The notes below the pieces were generated by a model. It did not search any database and was not told the origin of the DNA. It saw only the letters and a list, made by a program, of their open reading frames with translations. Positions 7,274 to 17,418 of a stretch of DNA of 64,000 bases are shown here, piece after piece. The first letter of the stretch is position 1, and every line of letters begins with the position of its first letter. Made by a program: the position numbers and the translations under genes. The stretch comes from a bacterium (lineage in GTDB: Bacteria > UBA8248). The stretch is from contig OZ245330.1 of assembly GCA_965225985.1 (NCBI GenBank), forward strand, positions 971,509-1,035,508, written 5' to 3'.

Positions 7274-9472
7274 TTGGGGGAGGGCGAGAAATTGTTGGAT
7301 TTTCCTTCGAATGGAAAAACGCCCGAAGACGATTACCCGGCCGGCGATCCCCTCGCTTCGGCGGAGAGGGAGGGGCGCAGGGGTACGGGTACGCCCGCTG
7401 GCCTGACCGAATCCCGCCGGTCAAACCGCCGCTTCAAGTACCAGACCGTCGCGATTACGGCGTTCATTTTGGCCGTTCTCGTCGGGTTTTCTTACCAAAT
7501 ATACGTTGAAGCGAAGGGGGACATTGAAAAGCAGTTCAACCGGCAGCAACTTTTTCTCGCCGACCAGGCGAGCGGGCGGATCGAGTCCTTCCTGGACAAA
7601 CTCACCTCCAGTCTCCTTTACAGCGCCAGCTTTCTCCGGACGGTCGGTCCGAATCATCCGGGCCGCATGAGCGCGATCGCGGGTCTTTACGAACACATCG
7701 GCGACGGGGTTCGGGTGAGCGAGGTGGGATACATCCGGGAGGGAAGGGAAACGGAGCCGCAGGTCCCGGCCGAGTATTTGACGGCCCTTCGCCGGTGCGG
7801 CGCCGACCGCGGGGCCTGCCTCCTTCCCGTCAATTACAAAGGAATGACGGACTACATCCTGGGGTTCGCCCCGGTGAGCGAGAAGGATTGGCTCTACGCC
7901 AAGGTCACCGTGGAAGATTTGAACCGGGCGTTTGTCGAGCCGGTCCAATCGGGCTTGCGGGGGCGGGCCTGGCTGTTGGACGGGGAGGGGCGAATTCTCA
8001 TCGGGCCGGGTGCCAGCGGGAGAGAGGGGACAGAATTGGGCTCCCTCGCTGAGCAGTCCGGCGATGATCGCTTGAAGAGGATCTTCCGGCGGATGCGCCG
8101 GGGAGAGCGCGGCTACGACTGGCATTTCGATTTCGGCGCGGAAAATTTTGGCAAGCGGAAAAGAACCCTGACGGCGTTCTCGCCCTTGCGGGTGGAGTCC
8201 GTGAGGTGGTCTTTGGCGGTCACGGCCCCTTCGTCCGAGGTGGTCCGCCTTGTGCGCCGGACGTTCCGGAAGGAGCTCATCATCACCAGTTTTGGGATCA
8301 TCGTCGTCATCTCGGCGGCGCTTCTCATCTTTGACAGGGACCGGCGCCGCATTCGAGCGGAGGAGAATCTTCTTTGGTCGGCCCAGGTGGTGGAGAGCAA
8401 ACGGCGCCTCGAAGCCCTCTTCGACGGCATCCCCGACAGCATCTGCATCCTCGACAAGGATAATCGAATCCGTATGCTCAATTGGGGATTGGCCCGATTG
8501 GTCGGCCGGGATTTGGCGGAGCTTGTGAACCAACCCTTGGGAGGAGGAAAGGATTCGCCGATGCCGGAATCTCTGGCCGAGCGGGCCCTGGTTGCGGAGT
8601 GCTTCCAGAGCGGCCGCGGCGGCTACGCCGAAAGGTCGGTTCAGTTGCCGGGCAGGAAGCGGACCGAGCTGGAGATATACACCTACCCCATCCTGGATGC
8701 CGACGGAGAGACGGTTCAGGTGATTTTGTATCTGAGAGATGTCACCGACAGGCGCGAGCTTCAGCGTCAGCTTCTCCAGAGGGACCGGCTCACCATTGTC
8801 GGGAAGATGAGCGCCCAGGTGGCGCACGAGATCCGGAACCCGCTCTCCTCCATCAATCTCAACGCCGAGCTCTTGGAGGATGAGCTGCGCCGCTTCAAAG
8901 GAATGGATACCGCGGAGGCGTGGTCCCTTCTCGATTCCGTCAAGACAGAGGTGGATATTCTGCGTCAGGTGACTGACGATTATCTGAAGTTCGTCCGGAT
9001 GCCGCGTGAAGACCACCGGCCCGGGGATGTGAACAGCGTCATCGAGGAACTGCTGGTCCTGCACGGCGAAGAGGCGGCAAGCCGTAGGATCGAGATCGAG
9101 CGCGGCCTCGATGAAAACACGCCGGACGTGGATATGGATGAAACGCAGCTGCACGTCGCGCTCCAGAATCTGGTTCTCAACGCATTCGATGCCATGGAGG
9201 ATGGCGGGAAACTTACGGTTCGCACGAGTTTCGTGGAAAGGGGAGTAGAGATTACGTTGATCGACAACGGTGCCGGCATACGCCCCGAAGATCAGGCCTC
9301 TCTCTTCACCCCCTTTTTCACGACGAAGGCGAACGGTACCGGCCTCGGCCTCGCCCTCGCGCAGCAAATCATCCATGAGCATCGAGGTACCATCCGGTTC
9401 GCCAGCCAAGAGGGCGAGGGGACCACGTTCCGCATTTTTTTGCCGGCGGCGCGCCAGGAGGCGAGAGTATGA
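7274..9472 (+). CDS. sensor histidine kinase (N-terminal TM/periplasmic sensor, PAS, HisKA, HATPase_c)
   Basis: 732-aa ORF; PAS-like LEALFDGIPDSICILDKDNRI; H-box AHEIRNPLSSI; G-boxes IDNGAGI and GTGLGLAL. Confidence 0.85.
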   Translation: MGEGEKLLDFPSNGKTPEDDYPAGDPLASAEREGRRGTGTPAGLTESRRSNRRFKYQTVAITAFILAVLVGFSYQIYVEAKGDIEKQFNRQQLFLADQASGRIESFLDKLTSSLLYSASFLRTVGPNHPGRMSAIAGLYEHIGDGVRVSEVGYIREGRETEPQVPAEYLTALRRCGADRGACLLPVNYKGMTDYILGFAPVSEKDWLYAKVTVEDLNRAFVEPVQSGLRGRAWLLDGEGRILIGPGASGREGTELGSLAEQSGDDRLKRIFRRMRRGERGYDWHFDFGAENFGKRKRTLTAFSPLRVESVRWSLAVTAPSSEVVRLVRRTFRKELIITSFGIIVVISAALLIFDRDRRRIRAEENLLWSAQVVESKRRLEALFDGIPDSICILDKDNRIRMLNWGLARLVGRDLAELVNQPLGGGKDSPMPESLAERALVAECFQSGRGGYAERSVQLPGRKRTELEIYTYPILDADGETVQVILYLRDVTDRRELQRQLLQRDRLTIVGKMSAQVAHEIRNPLSSINLNAELLEDELRRFKGMDTAEAWSLLDSVKTEVDILRQVTDDYLKFVRMPREDHRPGDVNSVIEELLVLHGEEAASRRIEIERGLDENTPDVDMDETQLHVALQNLVLNAFDAMEDGGKLTVRTSFVERGVEITLIDNGAGIRPEDQASLFTPFFTTKANGTGLGLALAQQIIHEHRGTIRFASQEGEGTTFRIFLPAARQEARV

Positions 9473-10866
9473 GGCCGTCTGGCGAAATTCATATCCTGGT
9501 GGTGGACGACAAGAGGGGAAGCCGCGAGGCGCTGCAAAAAATGATTGCCAAGGAGGGATTCCGGGTGTCGCCCGCCCACGATGCGGAGTCCGCTGTCCAG
9601 CTCTTCGAAAAGGATCCCGCGGATGTCGTGATCACAGACCTGCGAATGCCCGGGATGGACGGAATCACCCTTCTGAAAGAGCTCAAGCGCCGGATCCCCG
9701 AGACCGAGGTGCTCCTGATATCGGGGTTCGGCACGGTGGAGGCCGCCGTCGAGGCGATGCGCGAGGGCGCCACCGATTTCATCCCCAAGCCGCTCGAACG
9801 GGTGGTCGTTCTCAAGGCGATCTACAAGGCGGTGGAAAAGCAAGAGCTGCTCCGCGAAAATGCGGATCTTCGCGCCCAGCTTCAAAATTTGCGGGACGGC
9901 ACGGGGCTCATCGGCAACAGCCCACCCATGCGCCAGGTCAACGAGCTGATTCGCCAAGCGGCCCCCACCGCGGCGACCGTGCTCATCATCGGGGAAAGCG
10001 GGACGGGAAAAGAGCTTGTCGCGGACGCGCTCCACAAAATGGGCGGCCGCGCCGACAAACCCATGATCAAGGTCAATTGTGCGGCCCTTCCCGAAAATCT
10101 TCTTGAGAGCGAGCTGTTCGGGTATGAGCGCGGTGCGTTTACGGGCGCCGTCTCCCGGAAAGAGGGGCGATTTCGTTTGGCGGATGGCGGGACCATGTTC
10201 CTCGATGAAATCGGGGACATGCCCCTTTCCCTTCAGGCAAAAATTTTGCGCGTTCTCCAAGAGGGGGAGTTCGAGCGCCTGGGGGGAACCGAGTGCCTCA
10301 AGGTGGACGTGCGAATCATCGCTGCGACGAACCAGGACCTCCAAAGGGCCATCGCGGAGAAGCAGTTCCGGGAAGATTTGTACTACCGGCTCAACGTGAT
10401 CAATATTGTGGTTCCTCCTCTTCGCGAAAGGCGAAGCGACATCCCGCTTCTCGTCGAGCACTTCCTTCAGCGATTTTCGGCGAAAAACAATCGGGGGCTT
10501 CAGGGTTTTTCCCGGGACGCCGTCGAGTTGCTCTCAAACTACGACTGGCCGGGAAACATCCGGGAGCTGGAGAACACCATCGAGCGCGCGGTGGTGCTGA
10601 GCCGGGGGGGTATCCTCACGGCGGACGATCTTTCTCAGCACATCACCCTGGGCCGGAAGCCGGACGGGGAGGAGCCCGTCGAGGCGGACGCGCCGGTCAT
10701 CAGCATCCCGATCGGGACGCCTCTCGCCGAGATCGAACGGCGCGTCATCCTCGAAACCCTCCATCACACGGGAGGAGACAAGAGCGCCGCCGCCCGCCAG
10801 CTGGGAATCGCGACCCGTACGATTTACCGGAAGCTCGACCAGGAGGAGAGCACGCGCACGGCCTGA
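9469..10866 (+). CDS. sigma54-dependent response regulator (NtrC family: receiver + AAA+ sigma54-interaction + Fis-type HTH)
   Basis: Receiver VVDD...DLRMPGMDG; Walker A GESGTGKE; GAFTGA motif (ERGAFTGA); C-terminal HTH. 4-nt overlap (ATGA) with the kinase gene. Confidence 0.9.
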   Translation: MRPSGEIHILVVDDKRGSREALQKMIAKEGFRVSPAHDAESAVQLFEKDPADVVITDLRMPGMDGITLLKELKRRIPETEVLLISGFGTVEAAVEAMREGATDFIPKPLERVVVLKAIYKAVEKQELLRENADLRAQLQNLRDGTGLIGNSPPMRQVNELIRQAAPTAATVLIIGESGTGKELVADALHKMGGRADKPMIKVNCAALPENLLESELFGYERGAFTGAVSRKEGRFRLADGGTMFLDEIGDMPLSLQAKILRVLQEGEFERLGGTECLKVDVRIIAATNQDLQRAIAEKQFREDLYYRLNVINIVVPPLRERRSDIPLLVEHFLQRFSAKNNRGLQGFSRDAVELLSNYDWPGNIRELENTIERAVVLSRGGILTADDLSQHITLGRKPDGEEPVEADAPVISIPIGTPLAEIERRVILETLHHTGGDKSAAARQLGIATRTIYRKLDQEESTRTA

Positions 10867-11116
10867 CCCTCGGCCGGGCCCGAGCAGATCATTGATACGC
10901 CGCCCCATCACCCCGAAGGAATCTGTTTTCGAGGCATCACATGTTTATCGAACCCCTGGCGGCTTTGCCCTGCCGCATGCCGGCCGCCGTACGGTGTGCG
11001 GCCAAGGGCGTTTTGCTTTTTTGAATCGTATTTCCATATCCAGCGCATCAAATGGCGGCTCGGTACCGTTGCCGGGTGCCGGACGATAAATATTTTCATC
11101 CCCAGGAGGATCGGCA

Positions 11117-12616
11117 ATGAGAATGGAAGGCCGGAACTTAATTGGTGGAAAATGGGTGGCGGCGGCGGGCGGAGAGGAATTCGATTGCACCAATCCGGCC
11201 CAGACGGACGAGGTTATCGGGCGGTTTCCCCGCTCCGGGGCGCAGGACGTTGAGCGGGCGGTGGCGGCGGCGAAAGAGGCCTTTCCCGCCTGGCGGGCTA
11301 TGTCCTGCATCCGGCGGGCGGAGTTTTTTGATGATTTCGTCCAGATCGTCAAAGCGGAAAAGAAGTCACTCGCCGAGCTGGTCACGCGCGAGTGCGGCAA
11401 GCAGATAAATGAGGCGCTCGCCGACGTCGTGGAAGGAATCCACATGGCCCAGTACGTGTTTGGCACCTCCCGCATGAGCCAGGGCAGTATGGTCAGCAGC
11501 GAGATCGCCGCCAAAGACGCTTTTGTGGTTCGCAAGCCCAAAGGGGTCATGGCCGTCATCACGCCCTGGAATTTTCCCTTCGCCATCCCCCTCTGGCTCA
11601 TGGGTCCCTCCCTCGTTGAGGGGAACACGGTGGTTTTCAAGCCCTCCGAGGAAACCCCCGGTGTGGGGCAGCGAATCGTCGAGATCATGCTGGAGGCCGG
11701 GTTTCCGGCGGGGGTGGTGAACCTGGTCCAGGGGATCGGCGAGGAGGCGGGCCCTCCCCTTGTTGCCCATCCGGACGTTGAGGTTGTCCTGTTCACAGGC
11801 TCGTTCGAGGTGGGCTCCCTCATCCGCCAGGAGTGCGGAAGGAGCGATCACCGGATGGCGGTGTGCGAGTTGGGGGGCAAGAACGCGCTCATCGTGCTCG
11901 CCGACGCGGATCTGGACCTCGCAGTGAACGCCGGGGTCCTCAGTGCGTTCAAGACGACAGGCCAGCGCTGCGTGAGCGCCGGCCGGATCTTGATCGAAGA
12001 GCCCGTCTACGAAGAATACTGCAAGCGGTTCAATGAGCTGGCGTGCCGCATCAAAGTGGGCGATCCGCTGCTCGAGAGCACCTTCATGGGCCCGCTCGTG
12101 AACGAAGCGGGGGTCGAGAAGGTAAAGCGCTACAACGCCCTTGCCAAAGAGGAGGGAGGGGAAGTTCTTTTGGACAACAGCCAGCTCGAGGGGCCGGAAC
12201 TCGCCCGCGGCCACTTCATGGGACCGTTCGTGTACAAGATGAAGCACAAGGCGGACTCCCGCGTTCTTCGCGAGGAGGTGTTCGGGCCGCACGTCGCCCT
12301 CGTGCCCGTCCGGGATGTCGGCGACGCCATCAAGGTATACAACGACACCCCCTATGGCCTTTCTTGCTCGGTGGTTTCAGAGGATTTCCGGAAGATTCGC
12401 CGGATCCAACAGGAGTGCGAATTCGGCCTGGGGTATGTAAACCTTCCCACCATCGGCGCCGAGGTGCACCTTCCCTTCGGCGGCGTAAAGCGGAGCGGGA
12501 CCGGCATGCCCTCGGCGGCCGCGCTGGTCGATGCGGTGACGCACAAGGTGGCCTGGACGGTGAACCACGCCGAGAAGATCGAGATGGCGCAGGGCCTCTC
12601 CACCAGCGTCGAATAG
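11117..12616 (+). CDS. NAD(P)-dependent aldehyde dehydrogenase
   Basis: 499-aa ORF with ALDH family motifs (ITPWNFP, FKPSEETP, ELGGKNA, catalytic Cys in GQRCVS, EEVFGP). Confidence 0.9.
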   Translation: MRMEGRNLIGGKWVAAAGGEEFDCTNPAQTDEVIGRFPRSGAQDVERAVAAAKEAFPAWRAMSCIRRAEFFDDFVQIVKAEKKSLAELVTRECGKQINEALADVVEGIHMAQYVFGTSRMSQGSMVSSEIAAKDAFVVRKPKGVMAVITPWNFPFAIPLWLMGPSLVEGNTVVFKPSEETPGVGQRIVEIMLEAGFPAGVVNLVQGIGEEAGPPLVAHPDVEVVLFTGSFEVGSLIRQECGRSDHRMAVCELGGKNALIVLADADLDLAVNAGVLSAFKTTGQRCVSAGRILIEEPVYEEYCKRFNELACRIKVGDPLLESTFMGPLVNEAGVEKVKRYNALAKEEGGEVLLDNSQLEGPELARGHFMGPFVYKMKHKADSRVLREEVFGPHVALVPVRDVGDAIKVYNDTPYGLSCSVVSEDFRKIRRIQQECEFGLGYVNLPTIGAEVHLPFGGVKRSGTGMPSAAALVDAVTHKVAWTVNHAEKIEMAQGLSTSVE

Positions 12617-12625
12617 GTGCGCGGG

Positions 12626-12655
12626 CGCAGGAGAAGGCGGGTTTTTCTCCGCCTC
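12626..12655 (+). terminator. possible intrinsic terminator after the aldehyde dehydrogenase gene
   Basis: GGAGAAGGCGGG-UUUUUCU-CCGCCUCC hairpin with U-rich loop/tail 10-40 nt past the stop. Confidence 0.3.
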
Positions 12656-12743
12656 CCGGAAATTTCCCACGGGCCCTCCCCTACTGCCTTTGTGGTAAGG
12701 TTCCCTCCGCGCATCGGGGGCGGCAAGAAAGGAGAGCCGGTCG

Positions 12744-13439
12744 GTGTCCGTCCGGCTCTTGCTCCAGCCCGCAGGGAGTGGACGGTTGCGAGGCAAATTC
12801 ATCACATTCGAAGGCCCGGAAGGGAGCGGAAAGTCCACCCAGGTGGCCTTACTGGGCGATTGGCTGCAAGCGGAGGGCCTCCCTTATTTGATCACCCGCG
12901 AACCGGGGGGAACCGGCATCGGCGGCGAGATCCGCTCGGTCCTGCTCTCGGTGCGCGATGAAAAAATGGCGCCGGAGGCCGAGTTGTTTCTTTACGAAGC
13001 CGACCGGGCCCAGCACATCGCCGAGGTGATTCGCCCCGCCCTCGATGCGGGCACGCATATCCTCTGCGATCGGTTCACCGACTCCACCCTCGCCTACCAG
13101 GCCTTCGGGCGGGGTCTGCCCGAAGAGCGCGTGCGCGAGCTCAACGCGCAGGCGAGCGGCGGGCTCGTCCCGGACCTCACCCTTCTCTTCGAGGGTTCCC
13201 CGGAAGAAAACCTCCAGCGGGCCCGGGGCGGCACCGGGGGCGACCGCCTGGAGGGGGAGGATTTGAATTTTCACGAGCGCGTGTGGAACGGTTTTTTGCA
13301 ATTGCAACGCGGCGACCCGGCCCGGATACGCCTCGTTCCGAAGGGAAGCGTCGAGGAGGTTTGCGATCGGGTGCGGTGCGTGGTGGCGGGCGAGTTCGGG
13401 TGGGCTGGGAAACCCTCCGCGGCCAAGACGCAGCGGTAG
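12744..13439 (+). CDS. tmk: thymidylate kinase
   Basis: KFITFEGPEGSGKSTQ P-loop; DRF/lid region. True start probably a TTG/GTG slightly downstream of 12744. Confidence 0.85.
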   Translation: MSVRLLLQPAGSGRLRGKFITFEGPEGSGKSTQVALLGDWLQAEGLPYLITREPGGTGIGGEIRSVLLSVRDEKMAPEAELFLYEADRAQHIAEVIRPALDAGTHILCDRFTDSTLAYQAFGRGLPEERVRELNAQASGGLVPDLTLLFEGSPEENLQRARGGTGGDRLEGEDLNFHERVWNGFLQLQRGDPARIRLVPKGSVEEVCDRVRCVVAGEFGWAGKPSAAKTQR

Positions 13440-14425
13440 GCGGGCTGCGGGGCGACCTGTCCTCGGGCCAAGTCGCGCACGCCTATTTGTTTTTCGGTCC
13501 CCAGGGGGTGGGGAAGGCAACGGCGGCTTCCCTGCTCGCCCAGGCGCTTCAGTGCGAGGGGAGCGCGCCCCCCTGTGATGCCTGCCGCGCCTGTGAAAAA
13601 GTGAAGCGGGGCGTCCACCCGGATGTCATCACATTGCGCCGGGCCGAGGATCGCCAAAGCATCGGGACGGAGGCAGTCCGGGAGCAGGTTCTTCGCAGGG
13701 CTTACCTGCGCCCCCAGGAAGGGCGCTGGCAAGTGTTCGTCATCGACGATGTTCAGTTGGTAACGGTGAATGCGCTCAACGCGCTTTTGAAAACCCTGGA
13801 AGAGCCTCCCCCGGACACGGTCCTCATCCTGGTTACGCCCAACCTGCACGCGCTTCCCGCCACCGTGGTCTCGCGCTGCCGGCGCGTTCGGTTCAACGGC
13901 CTGAGCAGGTCCGACTTGACCGCCATCCTCGCGGAGAAACAGGGCGGCGAAGAGGCGGACCTCCACCGGCTCGTTTCCTTGAGCATGGGCCGGTTGGATC
14001 GGGTGCTGGGGCCGGAGGCGGCCGACCTGGCCGGGAGGCGCGAAGCCGTGCTGGAGCTGTTGAACGGCCTGGCCGTTCCGCCGGGAAAAGCGGACGAGGC
14101 GGGGCTATTATCGATGGCGGCCGACCTCGCGGGGGCCGGGAAAACCGCCCGGCAGGATGTTTTCCAGCTCCTGGAAATGCTTCGGGGGCTTTTTCGCGAT
14201 ATAATCATTCTTCAGGTGGCTCCGGGCGACCTGGAGCCGTGGAGCGTGGACGTGGAAGAGGAGCTGTCGGAGGTGGGTCGCAGTTGGGGACTCAGCGGAC
14301 TTATCCGAGCTCTCGAGAAGGTGGAATCGGCAGGCCGTGACGTTTCGGCCGGAAATACCAATCCCGCCCTTACCTTGGAGGAGTTGATCATTGCGCTGCG
14401 GTCCACCGTGGCTGCGGGCGTTTGA
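13397..14425 (+). CDS. holB: DNA polymerase III subunit delta'
   Basis: AHAYLFFGPQGVGKATAA Walker A, zinc module CEGSAPPCDACRAC, SRC motif (VVSRCRRVRF). GTG start near 13397 overlapping the tmk stop, tmk-holB order as in Bacillus. Confidence 0.75.
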   Translation, partial: RVGWETLRGQDAAVGGLRGDLSSGQVAHAYLFFGPQGVGKATAASLLAQALQCEGSAPPCDACRACEKVKRGVHPDVITLRRAEDRQSIGTEAVREQVLRRAYLRPQEGRWQVFVIDDVQLVTVNALNALLKTLEEPPPDTVLILVTPNLHALPATVVSRCRRVRFNGLSRSDLTAILAEKQGGEEADLHRLVSLSMGRLDRVLGPEAADLAGRREAVLELLNGLAVPPGKADEAGLLSMAADLAGAGKTARQDVFQLLEMLRGLFRDIIILQVAPGDLEPWSVDVEEELSEVGRSWGLSGLIRALEKVESAGRDVSAGNTNPALTLEELIIALRSTVAAGV

Positions 14426-15357
14426 GGATGAGTATGAACGAATTTTCAGGTTTCGATCAGGCCGCGGTGACCACCGCGCCAGAAGACACGGCGGAAGAGT
14501 CGTCCGAGAAAATCCGCATCGCCGGGGTCCGCCTCCGGTTCGGGGCGCGGCCGATTTTCCACCTGGCTGGCGAAATCCCCTTGCGGGTCGGCGATAAGGT
14601 TGTGGTGGAGACCGAGGGCGGGGAGGAGGAGTTCGGAGAAATTTCCGAGAGCACGCGCATTTTCCCGGCCCGTTATCACAAAAAACCGTTGCAGCAGATC
14701 CGTCGCCGCGCGGGAGCGGACGACCTCAAAAAGATCGAGAAGTCGGCGAGGCTGGAAGCGGACGCGCTGGGATATTGCCGCAAAAAGATCAAAGAGATGA
14801 AATTGCCCATGCACCTCCTCGATGTGAAGTACACGTTTTCCCAACGCAATGCGACCTTCTTTTTCTCGGCGGATGGGCGGGTTGATTTCCGCCGTCTCGT
14901 TCGCGCCCTCACGGAGCGGTTCTCGGTCCGCGTCGAGATGCGCCAGCTCGGGGCGCGCGATGAGGCAAAAATAAAGGGCGGCTGTGGACCTTGCGGCCGA
15001 ACCCTTTGCTGCAGCAGTTTTCTGCTCGCATTTGACCCCATCTCGGTCCGGATGGCGAAGGACCAAAACCTGAGCCTGAACCCGTCCAAGCTTTCGGGAG
15101 CGTGCGGGCGGCTGAAGTGCTGCCTCCGGTTTGAGCACTCTCATTACGTGTCGGTGAAAAAAAAGCTTCCCGCTTGCAAGAAAAAAGTGGGCGGGTGCAA
15201 CTGTGGGGCCAGTGTGATTCGTCAGGATATTCTCAAGGAGGAGGTGACTCTCAGCCTCGAGAACGGAGAGCGCATGGTGGTCCATGCCGATGAACTCGAG
15301 CGGATGCCGAACGGGCAGTACGCGCTGAAGAATCCCTTGGGCGAAAACCAAAATTGA
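14422..15357 (+). CDS. PSP1 C-terminal domain protein (stage 0 sporulation YaaT/RicT-like)
   Basis: 311-aa ORF with the PSP1 domain and Cys-rich C-terminus (GGCGPCGRTLCCSSF...GACGRLKCCLRFEH). Follows holB as yaaT does in Bacillus. Confidence 0.8.
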   Translation: MRMSMNEFSGFDQAAVTTAPEDTAEESSEKIRIAGVRLRFGARPIFHLAGEIPLRVGDKVVVETEGGEEEFGEISESTRIFPARYHKKPLQQIRRRAGADDLKKIEKSARLEADALGYCRKKIKEMKLPMHLLDVKYTFSQRNATFFFSADGRVDFRRLVRALTERFSVRVEMRQLGARDEAKIKGGCGPCGRTLCCSSFLLAFDPISVRMAKDQNLSLNPSKLSGACGRLKCCLRFEHSHYVSVKKKLPACKKKVGGCNCGASVIRQDILKEEVTLSLENGERMVVHADELERMPNGQYALKNPLGENQN

Positions 15358-15383
15358 GATCCGCCGGGAGGCGGTTTGAACGG

Positions 15384-17372
15384 ATGGCGAGCAAACCTTT
15401 TTATATCACCACACCCATTTATTACGTAAACGATAAGCCCCACCTCGGCCACGCTTATACCACTATCGCGGCTGACGTGAAGGCGCGCTTCCACCGCTTG
15501 CGGGGAGAGGAAGTCCGCTTTCTCACCGGAACGGACGAGCACGGCCAAAAGCTTGCGCGGGCCGCCGAGGAGGCCGGAATGGCGCCAAAGCCGTTCACCG
15601 ACCTCAACTGCGCCAAGTTCCGCGGGCTCTGGGAAAAGCTGAATATCAGCTACGACGACTTCATCCGGACAACCGAAGACCGGCACAAGAAGGGCGTCGC
15701 GGAGCTCTGGCGCCGGGTTTTTGCCGCGGGCGATATCTACAAGGGCGAATACGAGGGCAAGTACTGCGTCTCGTGCGAGACCTACTTTACCGATCTTCAG
15801 CTCTTGGACGGCAATTGCCCCGATTGCGGAAGACCCGCCGAGTTGGTGAGCGAGGACAGCTACTTTTTCCGGCTGGGCAAGTACGAAAAGCCCCTCCTCG
15901 ATCACTACGAGCGCCACCCCGGGTTCATCATGCCCGAATCCCGGCGGAACGAGATCATTAGCTTCGTGCGGGGAGGGCTGCGCGATTTATCGGTAAGCCG
16001 GACTTCCCTCAAGTGGGGAATATCCGTGCCGGACGACCCGTCGCACGTCATTTACGTTTGGTTCGACGCCCTCAGCAACTATATGACCGCGGCGGGCTTC
16101 GGGCCCGGTGGCGGGGAAGGAGGGTTTGCGGAGGCCACCGCCTGGCCCGCCGATCAGCATTTTATTGGAAAGGACATCCTCCGTTTCCACGCGGTCTACT
16201 GGCCCGCTTTTCTCCTCTCGGCGGGAATCCCGCTTCCGGAGCAGGTGTACAGCCACGGCTGGTGGACGATCGAGGGGCAAAAGATGTCCAAGAGCCTGGG
16301 CAATGCGGTGGACCCCCACTGGCTCATCGAAGAGTACGGGGTGGATGCCATACGGTATTTCGTTTTGCGCGAGATTCCTTTCGGCCTGGACGGGGATTTT
16401 TCCCACAGCCATCTCATCTCCCGGATCAACAGCGATCTGGCCAACGACCTGGGAAATCTGCTCCACCGCACCCTCAACATGGTCAAGCGGTACAGAAAGG
16501 GCCGCCTTCTCCGCGCGCCGGGGGGGGAGGGCCAGGCCGAGAAGGACTTGTGCAGCCTGGTTGAAAGCGCCGCGAAGACCTATGAACGGGAAATGGAGGC
16601 GACGAATTTCCAGGAGGGTCTCAAAGCGGCCTGGACCGTTGTTTCCGCAGCCAACAAGTACATCGATTCGAGCGCGCCCTGGGAGCTTGCCAAGAAAAAG
16701 GAAAGCGATCGGCTGGACGCTGTTCTGTACCACGCGGGCGCCTCATTGCGCGTGGTGGCGGCTCTGGTTCTGCCGTTTATGCCCGAGGCGGCGGGAAAGA
16801 TTTGCGCCCAGCTCGGGCTTCCCGCTGAATCTCTCTCGGCGCCCTTCCGGGAGTTGACCGCGCTGCGGGCCTTTCCCGAGTCGGTGGAGACCCGTCTCGG
16901 AAAGCCGATTTTCCCCCGAATTGAAGAAGAGGCGCGGGCCGAGATTGAAAAGAAGGTCGCCGCCCGCATTGCAGCCGGCGATGCGGCAGACGCTCCGGCG
17001 GCGGAGCCGGGGGGGGAGGGCGTTTTGCGGAACGGGAGGGAGGGTGTCCCGCAAATCACCTTCGATGAGTTCCAGCGGCTGGACCTGCGCGTGGTGAAGG
17101 TGGTTGCCGCCGCTCCTGTCCCCAAATCGAAAAACTTGATAAAGTTGGAGGTAGAGCTTTCCGGCGAGCGGCGGACCGTTGTGGCCGGAATTGCCAAACA
17201 TTACGCGCCCGACCAGCTGGTGGGACGAAGGCTCGTTCTGGTGGCCAACCTCGAGCCCACCACCCTCATGGGGGTGGAGTCACAGGGGATGATACTCGCG
17301 GCGGTGGACGGGGATCGGATCCGGGTTCTCGGGGTGGATGGCGAGGTCGAACCCGGCGCGCGTGTTCGTTGA
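15384..17372 (+). CDS. metG: methionine--tRNA ligase with C-terminal tRNA-binding (EMAP/Trbp111) domain
   Basis: MASKPFYITTPIYYVNDKPHLGHAYTT (HIGH), zinc knuckle CVSCETYF...CPDCG, KMSKS, C-terminal DLRVVKV...tRNA-binding domain. Confidence 0.9.
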   Translation: MASKPFYITTPIYYVNDKPHLGHAYTTIAADVKARFHRLRGEEVRFLTGTDEHGQKLARAAEEAGMAPKPFTDLNCAKFRGLWEKLNISYDDFIRTTEDRHKKGVAELWRRVFAAGDIYKGEYEGKYCVSCETYFTDLQLLDGNCPDCGRPAELVSEDSYFFRLGKYEKPLLDHYERHPGFIMPESRRNEIISFVRGGLRDLSVSRTSLKWGISVPDDPSHVIYVWFDALSNYMTAAGFGPGGGEGGFAEATAWPADQHFIGKDILRFHAVYWPAFLLSAGIPLPEQVYSHGWWTIEGQKMSKSLGNAVDPHWLIEEYGVDAIRYFVLREIPFGLDGDFSHSHLISRINSDLANDLGNLLHRTLNMVKRYRKGRLLRAPGGEGQAEKDLCSLVESAAKTYEREMEATNFQEGLKAAWTVVSAANKYIDSSAPWELAKKKESDRLDAVLYHAGASLRVVAALVLPFMPEAAGKICAQLGLPAESLSAPFRELTALRAFPESVETRLGKPIFPRIEEEARAEIEKKVAARIAAGDAADAPAAEPGGEGVLRNGREGVPQITFDEFQRLDLRVVKVVAAAPVPKSKNLIKLEVELSGERRTVVAGIAKHYAPDQLVGRRLVLVANLEPTTLMGVESQGMILAAVDGDRIRVLGVDGEVEPGARVR

Positions 17373-17418
17373 GCCGTATTCGAAATGAAGCTCCCCCCGG
17401 GGGGCTGGAGAATTCCAA

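Noticed and set aside
10867-11116. Sigma54 -24/-12 promoter (TGGCAC-N5-TTGCW) for the aldehyde dehydrogenase downstream of the NtrC-type regulator
   Set aside because: All three TTGC occurrences have wrongly spaced or absent GG dinucleotides. Cannot be supported from sequence.
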